Below, one piece after another: positions 9,127-19,271 of a stretch of 64,000 bases of DNA. The notes under the pieces are model-generated. The model was not told the origin of the DNA. It saw nothing but the letters and a program-made list of their open reading frames with translations, and did not search any database. Both the position numbers and the translations under genes were made by a program. Positions within the stretch are counted from its first letter, which is position 1. Each line of letters opens with the position of its first letter. The stretch covers positions 2,050 to 66,049 of IMG/VR virus record IMGVR_UViG_3300027985_000282, one strand, 5' to 3'. Source of the DNA: a virus (Duplodnaviria; Caudoviricetes).

Positions 9127-10572
9127 ATGAATGAAGTTGTCAAGCATATAAACTCTAATATAAGTACAGATATACTTATAGAGCATTTCGACTCTAATGG
9201 CAATCTTAAGTACAGAGAAGAAGGTCATAATATTATATACGACCATATAGCTCCTAGATTTCAGTTTGAGTATCAAGGGGTTATAAACAGATATATGCCT
9301 AATACTGTATTGGCTACTAGCAGGCAGCATGATGCTAACTGGTTATGGTTCCAATGTGTGCATTTACTAGATATAGGAAATTTGGAATTATCTCAGACTG
9401 GCAGAGACCCTATGTGTATAACTACAGAAGCTGCTTCGCCAAGCACAACTGGCTACATAAACAGAGACAATCAGACCATAGGCGATGATCCTAAGATAGG
9501 CATAGTCAATAGAGACGAATCCTATGCGTGTGACACTCACAGTAAATTCGTCTATGAGTTTGGAAGCTCAAAGGCTATAGGAGTATTCAATGCTGTTATG
9601 CATAGTGCATACAATTCGCTTCCTATGGCGTATGACAATGGATATAATGGTGCGTTTTCAGAAGAGACGTGTTATTACTATGGAGACCCTAGTAGACCAA
9701 TAGGCAATGCTGATCTGAACTTCCAGTTGAAGCCGTATGCTAACGGATGGAATCAGACATATAGATATGGTAACATAGTGCTAGAGGGTGATGGAGGGTT
9801 GTCGTTTGATCTGTACCCATTCGGGACACTATTTGAGTCAAACATACCACAACTAGTGTCTCACATTGTTGTCCCTTCAGAAACTTGGGCTGGTAGAACT
9901 GCCCCAACTCGGTTGATGGCAAGACATGTTGGTACTGTTACGCATTACTACTTCTGGAGATATGAGGATTATGACAATAAATGGATTGTTAGATGCAGCT
10001 TTGACAGCTCAACTTCTGAGTGGACTAAAGCTGTGTTTAATTGGACTAGTGGTCGTAACGGCAGACTTTCTGATATAGATGACGATGCATTCTATTTGTC
10101 TAACGAATATGGAACACGTGCTCTTATCAGAATAAAACACAGTGAAAACTCTACTGGGTATATACTGCATTCGTCAAATAGTTACTCACCTAGATACTTC
10201 AACGGGAAGATATATGGGATATTAGACTCTGGAAAGTATGCGTTCCCATCAGAGCTTACATGGGATGGGTCTAATCCTAACTGCACTCACGACGCAGGGA
10301 TGTATCAAGATGTTGCGAATCCAATAGCATGGACAACATCTGCTAGCGGATCATCATGTGGTGAGTGGTATTATTATGCTAGCTCTGCAAGAAATGACAT
10401 AACTAACAATTCAACGCAATATTCTACATCGTCTAGCTATTTGGCTCGTAGGAGATTTGACGGCATTAGGAGATTTAGCTCTTCAGCATATAAGCTACTA
10501 GCTCCAGTAGACAAAGGAGCTGGAGAAGTATTAAAAATCACATACACATTTAACTATAATAGAGGAGAATAG
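9127..10572 (+). CDS. Tail/receptor-binding protein B (paralog of the previous gene)
   Basis: Shared motifs LKYREEGHNII, TIGD..K.G, and YKL..P.DK...E.L.I.Y.FN. Confidence 0.6.
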   Translation: MNEVVKHINSNISTDILIEHFDSNGNLKYREEGHNIIYDHIAPRFQFEYQGVINRYMPNTVLATSRQHDANWLWFQCVHLLDIGNLELSQTGRDPMCITTEAASPSTTGYINRDNQTIGDDPKIGIVNRDESYACDTHSKFVYEFGSSKAIGVFNAVMHSAYNSLPMAYDNGYNGAFSEETCYYYGDPSRPIGNADLNFQLKPYANGWNQTYRYGNIVLEGDGGLSFDLYPFGTLFESNIPQLVSHIVVPSETWAGRTAPTRLMARHVGTVTHYYFWRYEDYDNKWIVRCSFDSSTSEWTKAVFNWTSGRNGRLSDIDDDAFYLSNEYGTRALIRIKHSENSTGYILHSSNSYSPRYFNGKIYGILDSGKYAFPSELTWDGSNPNCTHDAGMYQDVANPIAWTTSASGSSCGEWYYYASSARNDITNNSTQYSTSSSYLARRRFDGIRRFSSSAYKLLAPVDKGAGEVLKITYTFNYNRGE

Positions 10573-10574
10573 TA

Positions 10575-11009
10575 ATGTATAAAAGTGAAGTGATACCAAC
10601 TATTAAAGATGGTCAGCAATTAGCAGTTGCTAAATTCACAGCAGCGTATAGATATTCGTCTGCTGGAATCGCTGCTATTCCTGCACAGGTAAGATTTTAT
10701 GGATTGGACAAAGGCGGTGAGAAGCTAATTGCTACTGGAGAGCTTACAACTCTTAGCAGTTATCCTGCACAAGGAGTTGCATCAGAAATTATATACGGCA
10801 TACCTGTTGCTGAATATCCGTATATACGATTTGAAGTATACAAACCTGCAAATAGTACATTTGTAGGAATAGTAAGTAACCCACAAATGATACTATCAGT
10901 AACTGGAGGAACTGATGAACCTCGTGATGACATAGGTGAAAAGGCTAACTTAACAGAGTCTGCCACTTACAATGACGAACCTCTAGTTGATGAACCTTCT
11001 GCTAATTAA
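10575..11009 (+). CDS. Hypothetical virion protein
   Basis: GGAG SD; position in the tail cluster. Confidence 0.55.
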   Translation: MYKSEVIPTIKDGQQLAVAKFTAAYRYSSAGIAAIPAQVRFYGLDKGGEKLIATGELTTLSSYPAQGVASEIIYGIPVAEYPYIRFEVYKPANSTFVGIVSNPQMILSVTGGTDEPRDDIGEKANLTESATYNDEPLVDEPSAN

Positions 11010-11018
11010 GGAGTTGCA

Positions 11019-13547
11019 ATGACATTAAAAAGCAATATAGGTATATTTGCAAGCTCTAATAACAATGCTAATAGAGCTGGGTTAAAAGCATACGAGAAAG
11101 GAGAGACTGGCTTTAATGTCAGTCTCAACTCTTTAAGCGTGTCTGCTGGTCAGACATCAGAATTACAGACGCAGATTCCTATGCAACAAATGCAAGCTGG
11201 TATGCAATTAAATGACATGCAAGCAAGTATGCAGTTAAGCGGTACACAAGAGAGTATTCAGCTGGACGTTAAACAGTTAGAGATGTTGAGCATGGAGCAG
11301 TTCGGTCAGAATACGACACTGTTACGTGCCAAACCTTCAGTAACATTTGCAGAGAATGCTGTAACAGATGAAGAGTATAATGCTGTAAGTGTTGATTATA
11401 CATATACAGCTACTGATATAGACGATAGCGTTACGTACGACAATAGCAGTCTCCCAGATGGTGTTACAATGTATATATATAGATGTTTAATAGAATTCTT
11501 ACCAGTAGAAGATGTTAAGTCTATCACATTTACAGACTATGCAACGCTTAAATTAGTAAATGCTGTGCAGTCTAGTCAGATTGGTGATGAGACAGCAGCA
11601 GGCAAGTATTTTTACGCATTAAGCACGTCTTCATCTGAGAGCCCTGTAAATCATGCAAATGCTTCAACTGCTGTAACACAAGAATTAGGAACTTCGATTG
11701 CGTTGCATGATGTGACTGATGCGAAATTTATTGATATGAGATGGAGCTATCCAATATTAGCTGGTACATCAACTACTGATACGCTACAAGCTATCTCTGT
11801 TGGTGACATTGTAACGGTTAATCCAGATACATCTAATGATATATATCCGTCAACAAAGTTATATGCAGTGTATCCAGATGAAGAGGTTAGAGTATATACA
11901 ACAACTTCTCAAGACTCGACCGTAACAATAAACTATATATACGTTAGCACTAATGCGATGATAGGAATTAGAGGTGGTTCACTTGTTATAGATGTAGACG
12001 GTGTTGCATATTTGCCATATATGGACTATTTCCTAAATATGCACCAGAAGAACATTACAGACATCTTATCTGTAACAGAAATTAGGTTTTCTCCTAGATC
12101 GTACACATACAAACTAATATGCATGATAAAAGATGATGAGTATTCTGACCCTAATACAATCATAGGAACTACATACTATCAGGATACTATAATTCTAAGC
12201 GGTACAAAAATCAGAGACATAGGCATATGTAGCTCAATGAATATAGCTGATATATTCTTTGTAACTGCTTATAGCTTAAATTCGTCGAAACAGCGTACTA
12301 TATATACAGTGTCTAATAATGTTGGAGCTGTTAGCGGAAAGTACTTTTCAATTAAACACTACGGTACAGATGGTGCTATACATGCTGATATGAATTATCC
12401 ACAATACAATGTTGCTCCTAATAAGGTGTTTAGTAAAATCCTTGCAGTTCACAAACTCGCACTTAATGCGTTTGCGTCTGTTGCGTATATAGGCAATTAT
12501 GTATCTCAAGCATATACAGTTCCTGTCTCACTATTTCCAGCAACTAACTACATGTCAGTGCATCCAGAACATGGAACCGCTTTTGTTTCTGTTGTTACAC
12601 TTCCTACATGGAGTGAAGATATAAATGACATCAGCACACTTCCTCCAAGACTTGTAGATGAGTTTCCAGAAGTGTATTATAAGTTTCCTGTAATGGACTA
12701 TAGCATATCACTAGGTAAAACATTGTTTGCTGTGTACAGAGGAAGTGTATATGATAGTCAATTATACTCATATGCAAATACAAACAAACGTTACGACATG
12801 CCATCTGGAGATGTGTACGCATCGTCATCATTATTTGTCGTTGCTACAGCTACTCTTACGTATATGTATGGATTCAATGAGCTAGGATTTCAGTTATTAA
12901 CAACTATAGAGGATAAGATACTGTGTGACTCATTGCAATTATCTAGTGGAGTTTACTTGCTAGGAACTAGAGGTTTATACATATACGATGGGAAAGTTGT
13001 ACATAGATTGTTGTCACTTACAGCTACTGATGGGAGATTTACAGTAAATAGTGACGGGTCTATGCTTGCATGCATTATAAGCGGAAATGCATTTAGCTTA
13101 GTAGCTGTTAATCAACTCGGACATGTTTCAACTGTAGAGGATAATATCGTCGGCTCTTCTTTTTTCTTTCTCTCAAAGAAACCGCATGACAAATGTGTAT
13201 TCTCATACACAAACAACAGTGCTACACACATAGCAGAGCTTACAAAGACATCAACTCGTAGTGCATTATCTCGATTAACAGTGTCTCCACTTATAGCACA
13301 ATACAACTCAGAACTTGTATCACTGAGTGTTTATGCTAAAGGTGTTGGCACTATTGTGATCTCAGGACTTACAGACAATACTATAATTATCGATATTGAT
13401 AGCGTTCAATACAGCAAGTATAATGCTAGTATAGATAATAGAGAGATAGTTAATGATAAAGCGTATACAATTCATATCTCAAGCAATGTTACAATGTTAC
13501 AAAGCCTAATGGCAAGCGTTGTTATAGAAAGTAATGTTGACATGTAA
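11019..13547 (+). CDS. Large beta-rich virion protein, possible tail nozzle/stabilisation protein
   Basis: 842 aa with propeller-like beta segments in the C-terminal half; function inferred from context only. Confidence 0.4.
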   Translation: MTLKSNIGIFASSNNNANRAGLKAYEKGETGFNVSLNSLSVSAGQTSELQTQIPMQQMQAGMQLNDMQASMQLSGTQESIQLDVKQLEMLSMEQFGQNTTLLRAKPSVTFAENAVTDEEYNAVSVDYTYTATDIDDSVTYDNSSLPDGVTMYIYRCLIEFLPVEDVKSITFTDYATLKLVNAVQSSQIGDETAAGKYFYALSTSSSESPVNHANASTAVTQELGTSIALHDVTDAKFIDMRWSYPILAGTSTTDTLQAISVGDIVTVNPDTSNDIYPSTKLYAVYPDEEVRVYTTTSQDSTVTINYIYVSTNAMIGIRGGSLVIDVDGVAYLPYMDYFLNMHQKNITDILSVTEIRFSPRSYTYKLICMIKDDEYSDPNTIIGTTYYQDTIILSGTKIRDIGICSSMNIADIFFVTAYSLNSSKQRTIYTVSNNVGAVSGKYFSIKHYGTDGAIHADMNYPQYNVAPNKVFSKILAVHKLALNAFASVAYIGNYVSQAYTVPVSLFPATNYMSVHPEHGTAFVSVVTLPTWSEDINDISTLPPRLVDEFPEVYYKFPVMDYSISLGKTLFAVYRGSVYDSQLYSYANTNKRYDMPSGDVYASSSLFVVATATLTYMYGFNELGFQLLTTIEDKILCDSLQLSSGVYLLGTRGLYIYDGKVVHRLLSLTATDGRFTVNSDGSMLACIISGNAFSLVAVNQLGHVSTVEDNIVGSSFFFLSKKPHDKCVFSYTNNSATHIAELTKTSTRSALSRLTVSPLIAQYNSELVSLSVYAKGVGTIVISGLTDNTIIIDIDSVQYSKYNASIDNREIVNDKAYTIHISSNVTMLQSLMASVVIESNVDM

Positions 13548-13578
13548 TAATAAGTGAGTTAATAAACTAGGAGTACTT

Positions 13579-13815
13579 ATGACAGGTAGACCATGTATAG
13601 AGTGTGCTAGTATATTCGAGTGTGGCACTATAAGGAGATTCTACGAAATGAATAAAACTGATTTCTGCAGAGCATTAAAAGACAATTCTGATTTGTGTCC
13701 TAATTTCGACGATGCAATGCGAAATGATACTCAGAAATTCGATGTTTTAAGTAGACTTGAACAATTAAGAACAGAACATAAGAATGCTGTTAAAATGTCT
13801 AAAAAGAGCAAATAA
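13579..13815 (+). CDS. Small Cys-rich hypothetical protein
   Basis: AGGAG SD; CIEC...C...C...CP. Confidence 0.5.
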   Translation: MTGRPCIECASIFECGTIRRFYEMNKTDFCRALKDNSDLCPNFDDAMRNDTQKFDVLSRLEQLRTEHKNAVKMSKKSK

Positions 13816-13897
13816 AGAGATGCTTTAAATGCTGATTGCAGACCGAATTGAAGCATTTAGGATGTGAATGAACAATCAATCAATGAAAGAGGTTAAA

Positions 13898-14167
13898 ATG
13901 CAAATTAAGAGACTTATCGGTAAAAGAGTTGCTGTAAAATCACTAAATCCTGAGATTAAAAACAGTGGCACAATTATACTTCCAGAGATTAGTAAAGCAG
14001 GAGTTACTTATGCAGAGATCACACACATTGCACCAGAACTTGCAGATGTGTTAGCAGTAGGATCACGAGTGATCTATGATAGGTATGCAGGAGTTGATAT
14101 AAGCGACAGAGGAGACAGATCGTCAGTGATCCTTATGTTTGATGATGTAATGGCTGTAGTTGAGTAA
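13898..14167 (+). CDS. groES: Co-chaperonin GroES (Cpn10) homolog
   Basis: LIGKRVAVK...SGTIILPE...VGSRVIYDRYAG...DDVMAVVE. Start moved to the ATG at 13898, which follows GAGGT. Confidence 0.85.
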   Translation: MQIKRLIGKRVAVKSLNPEIKNSGTIILPEISKAGVTYAEITHIAPELADVLAVGSRVIYDRYAGVDISDRGDRSSVILMFDDVMAVVE

Positions 14168-14865
14168 TGGTTGTATACAGCATTAAATACGCAAACAGAG
14201 AAGGCACTGCAACTATTTATGATAGTTGGGATATAAAAGATAAGCGTTACACAGTTAAGCTTAAAGATGTTACGTATAGAGATGTTGGCAAGTATTTATG
14301 TCTAGAAGACGGTAGTAGACAATTCGTAGAGATACTAAAGGTTATCTACGATGTAGTCGAAACGTCTTCTGGCGTTTATTACAAGTGGGAGGTTCTTCCA
14401 TGTGTTAATCCTAGACTTCCACACACAGAGTTCTGTGGAGCGTTTAAAGGTGATGAGTCTCTCGACCTTATACCTTTAACAGATGAAGAGCGTAAACTTG
14501 CAATGATTACAACTACTGTACGAGAAGAGTTAGTGGTACAAGGAAGTAGGAGGGTACAATACGTGGCAAACGAATTAGTGCAAAGGCGATTAAGAGAGAA
14601 GGGCTTCACTGAGACTGATATAGTTGATAAGGTGATAGACTTAGCTTTAGGTCGCACAAATCAACATACGTACAAAGCTCTTCAGGCTATTGGCAGGGCA
14701 TCTGACTTAGAATTCTTAGATGATAAGAGTACAGTGAAGGTAGAGAATAAGCTGTTGCCACTATCTGCACAGATAGGCAGACCAAGAACATTAGCAGAGA
14801 AGCGTATGCTAGCAATAGAAAATGCAGAGATTATAGAGGAAGATCATGAGCAGTCAGAAGAGTAA
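14167..14865 (+). CDS. Hypothetical protein, candidate terminase small subunit
   Basis: Immediately upstream of and overlapping TerL; helical C-terminal half. Confidence 0.4.
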   Translation: MVVYSIKYANREGTATIYDSWDIKDKRYTVKLKDVTYRDVGKYLCLEDGSRQFVEILKVIYDVVETSSGVYYKWEVLPCVNPRLPHTEFCGAFKGDESLDLIPLTDEERKLAMITTTVREELVVQGSRRVQYVANELVQRRLREKGFTETDIVDKVIDLALGRTNQHTYKALQAIGRASDLEFLDDKSTVKVENKLLPLSAQIGRPRTLAEKRMLAIENAEIIEEDHEQSEE

Positions 14866-16522
14866 GCTAACACAGAAGCAAATAGATGTTTGGTTAGTAA
14901 AGATTGCTAGTGCATCTGTATATACTAAGTTGTCAGTGCTAAAGTCTATGCCAGAAGAGATGACTGAGCATCTAATCAATGAACTTGATAAGCATATAGC
15001 GTTTTACGCTGCTGTATGTCATAGCGATGTAGGACTTGAAATACCTCCTCATCACAGAGAAGCGTACTCTATATTCGAATCAGATGCTAAGCAAATAGGT
15101 CAAGTATGGTGGAGGGGCGGAGGTAAAACAACTTGCAAGCGTATATTTATCATGCATCAGATATGCAACCTCAAGCAAGAGTGTATAATCACTATACAGG
15201 AAACAGAGAAGCAATCTAAAACAGACATGATAACTATCAAGAACAACTTCGAGAACAATGCTATTATTAGACATATATACGGAGACTTGAAAGGCGATTC
15301 AATGTGGGGAGTAGAAGGTATGATTTTTGCCAATGGAGTTATACTGCTTCCTGGTGCTACTGGTAAGAGTATTCGTGGTACTAACATAGATAACTTCAGA
15401 CCTACACTTATACTACTAGATGACTTTGCCTCAGAGAAGAACTCTAAAACTCCTGAGAGTAGAGAGGAGCTTAATCATTGGCTTGTTAGGGTAATACAGC
15501 CACTAGGTGTTCCTAATGTTACTAGATTCATTTACATGGGTACGATTATTACTCAGTTAGACTTTCTTGCTACTCAGAACCCTAGAGCTGTAGATGAGAA
15601 TGGTAGCCCAACAGCAGCAGCACTTAATAGTATATTCCGACCTGAAGTTGGTGGAGCGTATACAGAGTTTAAGGTATCTGCTATTCCTTACGACGGTACA
15701 ACTGATGATATATTTCCTACATGGGAAGCTGTGTTCCCTCTTGATGCTATTAAGTCAGCTTACAATGTAGCATTGAGCATGAATGACTTAGCTGGTTTCT
15801 ATCAAGAGTTCTATAACATTGCAGCAGGTCAAGCAAAGCCTCTATTTAACGCTAATATGCTTAAAGAGCTTAAGGTAAGCTATCACAGATTCTTGCAAAT
15901 CCATTATGTTCAAGACCCTACTGGTCGTAAAGTTCCTATTAGGTTAGGACAAGGTGTAGATCCTAATCGTAGAGTAGCAGTTGGCAGTGATGACTTTATA
16001 GTGTTTACAACTGGAAGACTGCCTGATGGCACTTATGTAGCTGTAGACATTTATGCAGATAGGATACCGATTGAAGAGCATGCTTCTAAAGTAATAGAGA
16101 AGATTATAGAGTATAAGCCGTATGTATGCACAATAGAGACTCAAGCATATCAGTTATCACTAGGTACACAAGTACAAGAGTTAGCGAGGAAGAACAAACT
16201 GCACACATGGATACAGTTCTATGAGAAAAACGTGTCCAAAGCTAACTCATACAATGAGACAGATGGACTTGCTACAGTGATTAACGCAGATAAGATGATG
16301 TATGTGACTGGTTGTCCTAATATAGAGAAGTTCAAGACTCAGTTAGGAATATATACAGCAGGAGCTAAGCGACAGCATGACGACACAATTGACGGTGCGT
16401 ATCTATCAATTAAAGAACTTCCACCACCGATAATGTATGATGTAGACAAAGCTATACGTGATGCACGTAATAGTTTAGGTGACAATAAGAAGAAGAAGCG
16501 TAAAACTTTTATGGGAGTATAG
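14846..16522 (+). CDS. terL: Terminase large subunit
   Basis: Walker A RGGGKTT, IRG..RP.LILLDD Walker B, YMGT, nuclease motifs GVDPN, IETQAYQ and HDDTIDG. Confidence 0.92.
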   Translation: MSSQKSKLTQKQIDVWLVKIASASVYTKLSVLKSMPEEMTEHLINELDKHIAFYAAVCHSDVGLEIPPHHREAYSIFESDAKQIGQVWWRGGGKTTCKRIFIMHQICNLKQECIITIQETEKQSKTDMITIKNNFENNAIIRHIYGDLKGDSMWGVEGMIFANGVILLPGATGKSIRGTNIDNFRPTLILLDDFASEKNSKTPESREELNHWLVRVIQPLGVPNVTRFIYMGTIITQLDFLATQNPRAVDENGSPTAAALNSIFRPEVGGAYTEFKVSAIPYDGTTDDIFPTWEAVFPLDAIKSAYNVALSMNDLAGFYQEFYNIAAGQAKPLFNANMLKELKVSYHRFLQIHYVQDPTGRKVPIRLGQGVDPNRRVAVGSDDFIVFTTGRLPDGTYVAVDIYADRIPIEEHASKVIEKIIEYKPYVCTIETQAYQLSLGTQVQELARKNKLHTWIQFYEKNVSKANSYNETDGLATVINADKMMYVTGCPNIEKFKTQLGIYTAGAKRQHDDTIDGAYLSIKELPPPIMYDVDKAIRDARNSLGDNKKKKRKTFMGV

Positions 16523-18532
16523 ATGCAGCAAGTTAATGCTCTGGCAATGCAGTTATATAGACTAGTTACACAAGCATATACCACAGAGAGAAATGAATGG
16601 CTTGTTCGTTGTGATAATAACAGCAAGTTCGTTCTTGGAGGTGATGCACAGTGGACTAAGGAAGAGCTTGAGAGTCTAAATAATCGTGGTGGATATACTA
16701 TTACGCTTGATAAGACTCGTAAAGCTATAAATGGTATGGTTGGCATGTTAACAGCTAATCAGCCTAGCTTGAAATGCACAGCAGTAAATGGTAATACATA
16801 TGCTGCTAAGGTTAGAAGTATAATGTTAGATCATGTGCTTAGAGAAAATAAGTTTCTCTCATTTATACGTACATTGATGTATAGAGGATATGTTGATAAT
16901 ATAGCATATGCATTTGTAGATCATCACGGCAATAACAAGATTACGTTATCTCAGTTAAAATACGACGAGGTAATCGTAGACCCTAGTAGTAGAGATAACA
17001 TGTTTACAGATGCTGCATGGATAGCAATTGTGAAATTCATGCCAATAGAACAAGTAAAAGCATTGTATGGATTGACTGATGTATCAACAGATATACCAGC
17101 ATCGTATAGCACAGAATACTACAGTGCGATACATGTTAATCCTTTATTCGATGCAACTAGGCAGTTTGTTAAAGTATTTGAGATATACAAGAGAAGGTTA
17201 GTCAATACTGATGGAGAGATTAAGGCTATAGTAGAGAAGTCTACTCTTGTAGGGTATAATTATGCAACGCAAGAGATATTGCCAAGTACAATTACAACAT
17301 ATCCAATTATACCAATATATAGTGATGTTACAGTTGTTAATCCACTTAAAGTGAGTGACCTAGAGCTAATGAGAGATACGCAGCGGTATGCAAATAAGAT
17401 GAATAACATAACAATTATGAATGCTCAAGCTACTGGCAGTCCTAAGACGTTTGTACGTTTACAGGATATACCTGGTGAAGACTTGGAGCAGTTCAATAAC
17501 GATTATAGCATACCTGGAGCAGTACTTGGTCTCGGACCAAATGCCGAAGCCCCTGTTGTTGTCAGTTCTCAACCTCTTAACAATGCTTATTTCTCGCTGT
17601 ATAGAGATGCTGTGCAACATCTTACACAGACATATAGCGGGTTAGGATTGGACGGAAATAACACTGATAGTGCTAGTCATCAACCTTCTTTGTTTGAGAA
17701 GCGAGAAGTGCTAATGGACTCTATGAAGATCACATCTGGGATATATGAAGCAGCTCTATCTCAGATGGCTATTCACATACTAGAACTAGTAACTACGTAT
17801 ATGGACGATAATACAGTCGTTCGCTTATCAGGTGGTGTAGAACTTATGCAGCAGATACAGGAAGATATTAACAGTGGGTTAGATGTAGAGAATCCTGATG
17901 CTCTTAATTCTTTCATTGAGAAAATGAAGAAGGAGAACAAGTCTGCCACTGTGATAGATGACATGATCTTTGAAGCTACTGATAGGCGTAAACTAGCAGA
18001 TGCCATATTCGACATGTTACATAAGATAGATGATATTACTTACGACTTAGATGTTGCAGAGTCTTCATATGCACCATCGTATGCTGCAACGAAATGGAAT
18101 TCAGCACTAGTTCTTGCAGAGCATAATGCTATAGACCCTGAGACTCTATTAGAGTTATCACCTCTTGATGACAAAGAAAAGATACTTAGGAGAATAAGCG
18201 TTAATAGACAACTGTCTGCACAGATAGACGAATTGACTAAACAGTTAGAAGCAGCACAAGAGACTATTGGTAAAATGGCTAGTGAAGCAGAGATGTTGCG
18301 TAGAAAGAATGTTGATGTATCTAATCAGGCTAGACATGATGCTCAGTTCAAAGCTGGACAACTTGCTAATCAGTATGCTAAGAAGTCTATGCAGATGGAT
18401 AGAGCAGAAGCCAGTCGTAAGTTAGAATACATGATAAAGGAGTTTATGCTTACACTGTCACAGTCTGACAAAGATGCACTAGCTCAGTTGACTTACGATG
18501 ATATTAAAAGCAGTATAAATCTGAACGAATGA
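16523..18532 (+). CDS. Portal protein (P22/podovirus-like)
   Basis: Follows TerL; G..QW...L..RG...IT, VIVDPSSRD..FTDA.W, YPIIP and a C-terminal coiled coil. Confidence 0.85.
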   Translation: MQQVNALAMQLYRLVTQAYTTERNEWLVRCDNNSKFVLGGDAQWTKEELESLNNRGGYTITLDKTRKAINGMVGMLTANQPSLKCTAVNGNTYAAKVRSIMLDHVLRENKFLSFIRTLMYRGYVDNIAYAFVDHHGNNKITLSQLKYDEVIVDPSSRDNMFTDAAWIAIVKFMPIEQVKALYGLTDVSTDIPASYSTEYYSAIHVNPLFDATRQFVKVFEIYKRRLVNTDGEIKAIVEKSTLVGYNYATQEILPSTITTYPIIPIYSDVTVVNPLKVSDLELMRDTQRYANKMNNITIMNAQATGSPKTFVRLQDIPGEDLEQFNNDYSIPGAVLGLGPNAEAPVVVSSQPLNNAYFSLYRDAVQHLTQTYSGLGLDGNNTDSASHQPSLFEKREVLMDSMKITSGIYEAALSQMAIHILELVTTYMDDNTVVRLSGGVELMQQIQEDINSGLDVENPDALNSFIEKMKKENKSATVIDDMIFEATDRRKLADAIFDMLHKIDDITYDLDVAESSYAPSYAATKWNSALVLAEHNAIDPETLLELSPLDDKEKILRRISVNRQLSAQIDELTKQLEAAQETIGKMASEAEMLRRKNVDVSNQARHDAQFKAGQLANQYAKKSMQMDRAEASRKLEYMIKEFMLTLSQSDKDALAQLTYDDIKSSINLNE

Positions 18533-19260
18533 AAGGAACACCTATGAACTTAGGGAATGACAATATGATGTCTAAGATAGCTAGGAACAGCTTAGACGGT
18601 GTAAATTTAGAGGACTTGTTTGCTAAGCGTATTGAGCAACAGAATAGAGTTAATGCTGCTAATGAGCAACATCATACAACTCAGCAAGTATCTGCTACTA
18701 GTAATTACAATGCTCCTCAGCCATTCGATGTAGATGCATATATGAAGAGATTTATGACAACACCTACATCAGAACAGCAAGCTCAAACTACTCAGATTGC
18801 ACAACCTGTTGCAGAGCAAAGTGCTGATAAAGCTACAGAGCAGACTACTGACTGGTTTGACAAGTTCTTTGCAGACAAGTCTAAGGTAGATGAGCAAACT
18901 ACTGCACCTGTTAGCACAGCAGCACAGCAAGCAGTTCCACAGAACTCACCATCTAATGATATTGCTGCTCAGTTACGTAGCAGAATATCAGAATTGTCTC
19001 AGACAGCAACACAACGAGGTATAGACCCTAATAAGGTATTAGAGTTTATGCAGTCTCTTAGTGTGAATGACTATGTAAACATGTATGCGAATCAGGCAAA
19101 TGCTAATAGACAGCAAGTAAGTAATGTACAGGCTATTCAGCAACGTACTCAGCCTTACTCTGGCTCGATTGCAAACATACAGCCTTCTTACAGTTCTAGT
19201 GTTAGCCGACAACAGAACACAAATCCGATGGGTGTAGACCCGTCACAGTATAACTACTAA
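18529..19260 (+). CDS. Putative capsid scaffolding protein
   Basis: Q/T/A-rich low-complexity protein between portal and capsid genes. Confidence 0.55.
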   Translation: MKGTPMNLGNDNMMSKIARNSLDGVNLEDLFAKRIEQQNRVNAANEQHHTTQQVSATSNYNAPQPFDVDAYMKRFMTTPTSEQQAQTTQIAQPVAEQSADKATEQTTDWFDKFFADKSKVDEQTTAPVSTAAQQAVPQNSPSNDIAAQLRSRISELSQTATQRGIDPNKVLEFMQSLSVNDYVNMYANQANANRQQVSNVQAIQQRTQPYSGSIANIQPSYSSSVSRQQNTNPMGVDPSQYNY

Positions 19261-19271
19261 TGGAGATATAA

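Noticed and set aside
7710-10572. Diversity-generating retroelement or invertible tail cassette
   Set aside because: No reverse transcriptase or invertase is visible, and the paralogs are similar only at protein level, with no near-identical TR/VR pair seen.
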